Shown piece by piece: positions 61,568-64,000 of a stretch of DNA of 64,000 bases; within the stretch, counting starts at the first letter, position 1; each line of letters starts with the position of its first letter. A model generated the notes under the pieces. It was not told the DNA's origin, ran no database searches, and saw only the letters and a program-made list of their open reading frames with translations. The position numbers and the translations under genes were made by a program. The DNA is from a bacterium (lineage in GTDB: Bacteria > Patescibacteriota > Patescibacteriia > SG8-24): contig JBDRRB010000062.1 in the NCBI GenBank assembly GCA_043825985.1, positions 1,245 to 65,244 on the forward strand, written 5' to 3'.

Positions 61568-62543
61568 ACTCGATCTCCTCCAGGAGGTTCACCCGGCCCT
61601 GCGTCATGCCGCGCACTCGCGACTTGACGAGTGCGATCAGCTCGATCACCTCTTCCGCCGTGGCCTGTCCGTCGTTCTCGAAGAAGTTGGCGTGCCGCTC
61701 GGACACCCTGACGTGCCCGACCGCCGTCCCCTTCATCTGCGCCCGGTCGAGCAGCCAGCCGACCGGCACCGTTCCCGTCTCGGTGACCGGAACGGTCTCG
61801 TCCGAACCGAGATCCAGCCAGTGCCGAAGCTCGTCGATCTCCTCCGACGACTCGGGCCGCCAGTTCCTGAAGATGCAGCCGGCCGTCGAACGGTCAATCG
61901 GCTGGGACTGCCGCTTGGCGTCCAGGATCTCCTTGAGGCGTTCGTGTCCGGCCGCCGGATCGTCGGCCCGCTTCAGCGACAGCACGGCGGACAGGATGAT
62001 CCAGCCCGGTTCGGACTTGAAGACGCTCTGACGGTAGCCGAATCCGCAGCCATCGCGGTCCAGCTCGACCGCCTGCCCGTCGCGCAGGCAACGGACTGAA
62101 CGGATCGAGTCGCCGGTCGACCCGCCGAAGCAGCCGGCGTTGCCCCGAACCGCCCCGCCGAACGTCCCGGGCAGCCCGATCGCCCACTCGAATCCGGTCA
62201 GGCCGGCCTCGGTCGTCCTGAGGGCCACCTGAGCGACCGGAATTCCGGCCTCGACCATGACCTGCGAACCCTCTATCTCCAGGCCCCGGTTGGCCATCTT
62301 AATGACGAGTCCGCGAAAGCCCTGATCCGAGACCAGCACGTTCGAACCGCCGCCCAATATATAATATGGAAGGTTCAATTCGGCCGCGGCCCGAACCGCC
62401 GTCGCCGCCAGCTCGCCCGTCGGAGCGGCAAAAAAGTAGTCGGCCGGACCGCCGATACGGTAAGTGGTGTGACGCGCCAGCGGCTCATCCGGAACGACTT
62501 CCGGCGAAATCCGCTGCCGCAGTTGGGTCAGCAGGTCGGTCAT
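61554..62543 (-). CDS. murB: UDP-N-acetylenolpyruvoylglucosamine reductase
   Basis: FAD-binding domain with YRIGGPADYFF and ILGGGSNVLV. C-terminal MurB domain. Confidence 0.9.
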   Translation of the reverse strand: MTDLLTQLRQRISPEVVPDEPLARHTTYRIGGPADYFFAAPTGELAATAVRAAAELNLPYYILGGGSNVLVSDQGFRGLVIKMANRGLEIEGSQVMVEAGIPVAQVALRTTEAGLTGFEWAIGLPGTFGGAVRGNAGCFGGSTGDSIRSVRCLRDGQAVELDRDGCGFGYRQSVFKSEPGWIILSAVLSLKRADDPAAGHERLKEILDAKRQSQPIDRSTAGCIFRNWRPESSEEIDELRHWLDLGSDETVPVTETGTVPVGWLLDRAQMKGTAVGHVRVSERHANFFENDGQATAEEVIELIALVKSRVRGMTQGRVNLLEEIEYVGF

Positions 62544-62545
62544 GC

Positions 62546-63982
62546 TCAGCTGGGCTTATCTGTCTTCTGGCTATCCGAGTCCGGTCCGCCGCCGGCCAGC
62601 CGCCGGGCCAGCTGGTCCACGTCGCCCGCTCCCAGGACCAGGGTCACGGCCCCCGGCGCGAGGACGGCGTGAATGGCGGCGAAACCCTCGTCGAGCGATG
62701 CGGCGTACTTCAGCTGCCGCTCGACGCCGCGCGAGTGGTCATGCTCGATCACCGCCTCCAGCAGGTCACGCGAGCTGATGCCCGCGTCCTCCGCCTCCTC
62801 CCGGCCGATGACGTCGTAGATCTCGAGCAGCACCACCGAGTCGGCCCCGTCGAAGGAACGCACGAACCGGTCGAACAGGTTGCGCGTCCGGTTGCGGTGG
62901 TGCGGCTGGAAGACCAGCACGATCTTGCGGTCGGGATAGAACTCGCGCGCCGCGGCGATCGTCCCCTCGACCGCGGTCGGATGATGGCCGTAGTCGGATA
63001 CGACCGGTCCGCCGTACGGCTCCCCCACTATCTCGAACCGCCGCCAGATGCCGGCATACTCCGACAGCGCCTTGCGGACGGACTCGAACGGCGCCCCGAA
63101 CTCCAGCGCCGTCACCGCCGCCGTCGCCGCGTTCTCGACGTTGAACCGGCCGGGCACGTGCAGCTCGATCTCGCCCAGGTCCTGCTCGCCCTTCATCAGG
63201 TGGAAGGTCTGGAGTCCGTCGCCGAGCTTGACCTGTCCGATCAGGTAGTCCACCCCGTCGCCCGAGCCGAAGCGCACCGTCCGTCCGCTCCAGGACAGCG
63301 CCCCGGCGCCGTCCGAGTCGTTGGCGTTCAGCACGACCAGCCCGTCCTGGCGCACCTGGTCCAGGAACTGGCCGAAGGAGTCCATGATGTGCTGACGGTC
63401 GGTGAAGTAGTCCAGATGGTCCTCCTCGACGTTGGTGACGATCGCCGCCGCCGGACTGAAGTTCAGGAAATGATCCTGGTACTCGCAGGCCTCGACGATC
63501 AGCAGGTTGCTGCCGCCCAACCTAAGATTCCCGCCGTCGAACGACGGCACCTTGGTGCCGACGATGACCGTCGGGTCGAAACCGGCCTCGATCATGATCA
63601 GTCCGAGCATGGCTGTCGTGGTGCTCTTGCCGTTCGTCCCGGCCACGGCCACGGTCCGCTTGCCGCGGGCGTACTCGCCCAGGAACTCGAAGTAGGACAG
63701 GTTGCGCAGCTTGCGCCGCCGGGCCTCGGCCAGCTCCGGATTGTCGTCCGGCACGGCGCTCGTCCTGACCACCAGGTCGACGTCGGCCGGCAGGTTCTCC
63801 GCCGCATGCCCGATCGTCACCTTGGCGCCGACCCGCCGCAGCACGTCCACCACGCCGCTCTCGGCGAAGTCCGACCCGCTCACTTCGACCCCGGAAGCCA
63901 AAAGAAGGCGGGCCACGGCCGATACGCCGATGCCGCCGATGCCGATGATGTGCGCCTTCTTCACGTCCTTGATCCAGTCCAT
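62546..63982 (-). CDS. murC: UDP-N-acetylmuramate--L-alanine ligase
   Basis: HIIGIGGIGVSAVARLL and the P-loop GTNGKSTTTAM. Mur ligase middle and C-terminal domains. Confidence 0.92.
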   Translation of the reverse strand: MDWIKDVKKAHIIGIGGIGVSAVARLLLASGVEVSGSDFAESGVVDVLRRVGAKVTIGHAAENLPADVDLVVRTSAVPDDNPELAEARRRKLRNLSYFEFLGEYARGKRTVAVAGTNGKSTTTAMLGLIMIEAGFDPTVIVGTKVPSFDGGNLRLGGSNLLIVEACEYQDHFLNFSPAAAIVTNVEEDHLDYFTDRQHIMDSFGQFLDQVRQDGLVVLNANDSDGAGALSWSGRTVRFGSGDGVDYLIGQVKLGDGLQTFHLMKGEQDLGEIELHVPGRFNVENAATAAVTALEFGAPFESVRKALSEYAGIWRRFEIVGEPYGGPVVSDYGHHPTAVEGTIAAAREFYPDRKIVLVFQPHHRNRTRNLFDRFVRSFDGADSVVLLEIYDVIGREEAEDAGISSRDLLEAVIEHDHSRGVERQLKYAASLDEGFAAIHAVLAPGAVTLVLGAGDVDQLARRLAGGGPDSDSQKTDKPS

Positions 63983-64000
63983 ATCCTCAAGCTGAATTAT

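Noticed and set aside
60716-62099. 303-aa and 280-aa + strand ORFs over the metalloprotease/murB genes
   Set aside because: Antisense to genes with the HExxH and MurB FAD-binding signatures.

Overview
This is a compact, high-GC (roughly 60-65% by eye) bacterial chromosomal fragment with almost no intergenic space, and most of it is housekeeping. Only the + strand is quoted for each site. Housekeeping content: the 3' end of a UvrD-like helicase fused to a Cas4/AddB-type Fe-S nuclease; a cell-shape operon (mreB-mreC-mreD-mrdA/PBP2); greA; four aminoacyl-tRNA synthetases (lysS, serS, gltX and a short alaS); alr; an FtsQ-like protein; a DsbA-like oxidoreductase; an M23 peptidase; a tagA-like glycosyltransferase; clpB preceded by a CIRCE operator; a lexA operon; priA-def-fmt; a Wzx/glycosyltransferase polysaccharide cluster; a segment of the ribosomal alpha operon (infA-rpmJ-rpsM-rpsK-rpsD-rpoA-rplQ plus rplM-rpsI); vanW; mnmA; secDF; secA; hpf; murB; murC. 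No tRNA, rRNA or CRISPR array was recognised. The features that stand out against this background are: (1) a SecD whose periplasmic head carries two tandem parvulin-type PPIase domains; (2) a nine-gene nucleotide salvage/sanitisation cluster (NDT/DNPH1-like, dCMP deaminase, MazG-like, YjjX ITPase, ASCH, Nudix, DUF1653, cytidine deaminase, CYTH) wedged between secA and secDF; (3) a soluble type-IV-coupling-protein-like ATPase preceded by a 2-TM membrane protein; (4) a short low-GC island carrying a single orphan gene with a HEPN-like Rx5H motif, bounded by copies of a ~40-bp hairpin repeat; three graded variants of that repeat also sit in tandem between def and fmt; (5) an RpoA lacking the alpha-CTD and ribosomal proteins with Lys/Ala/Pro-rich extensions; (6) a lexA promoter carrying a GAAC-N7-GAAC direct repeat (an alphaproteobacterial-type SOS box) in an otherwise non-alphaproteobacterial gene context; (7) a PriA with no Walker motifs. 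High GC produces many long antisense ORFs in the six-frame track; these were rejected.
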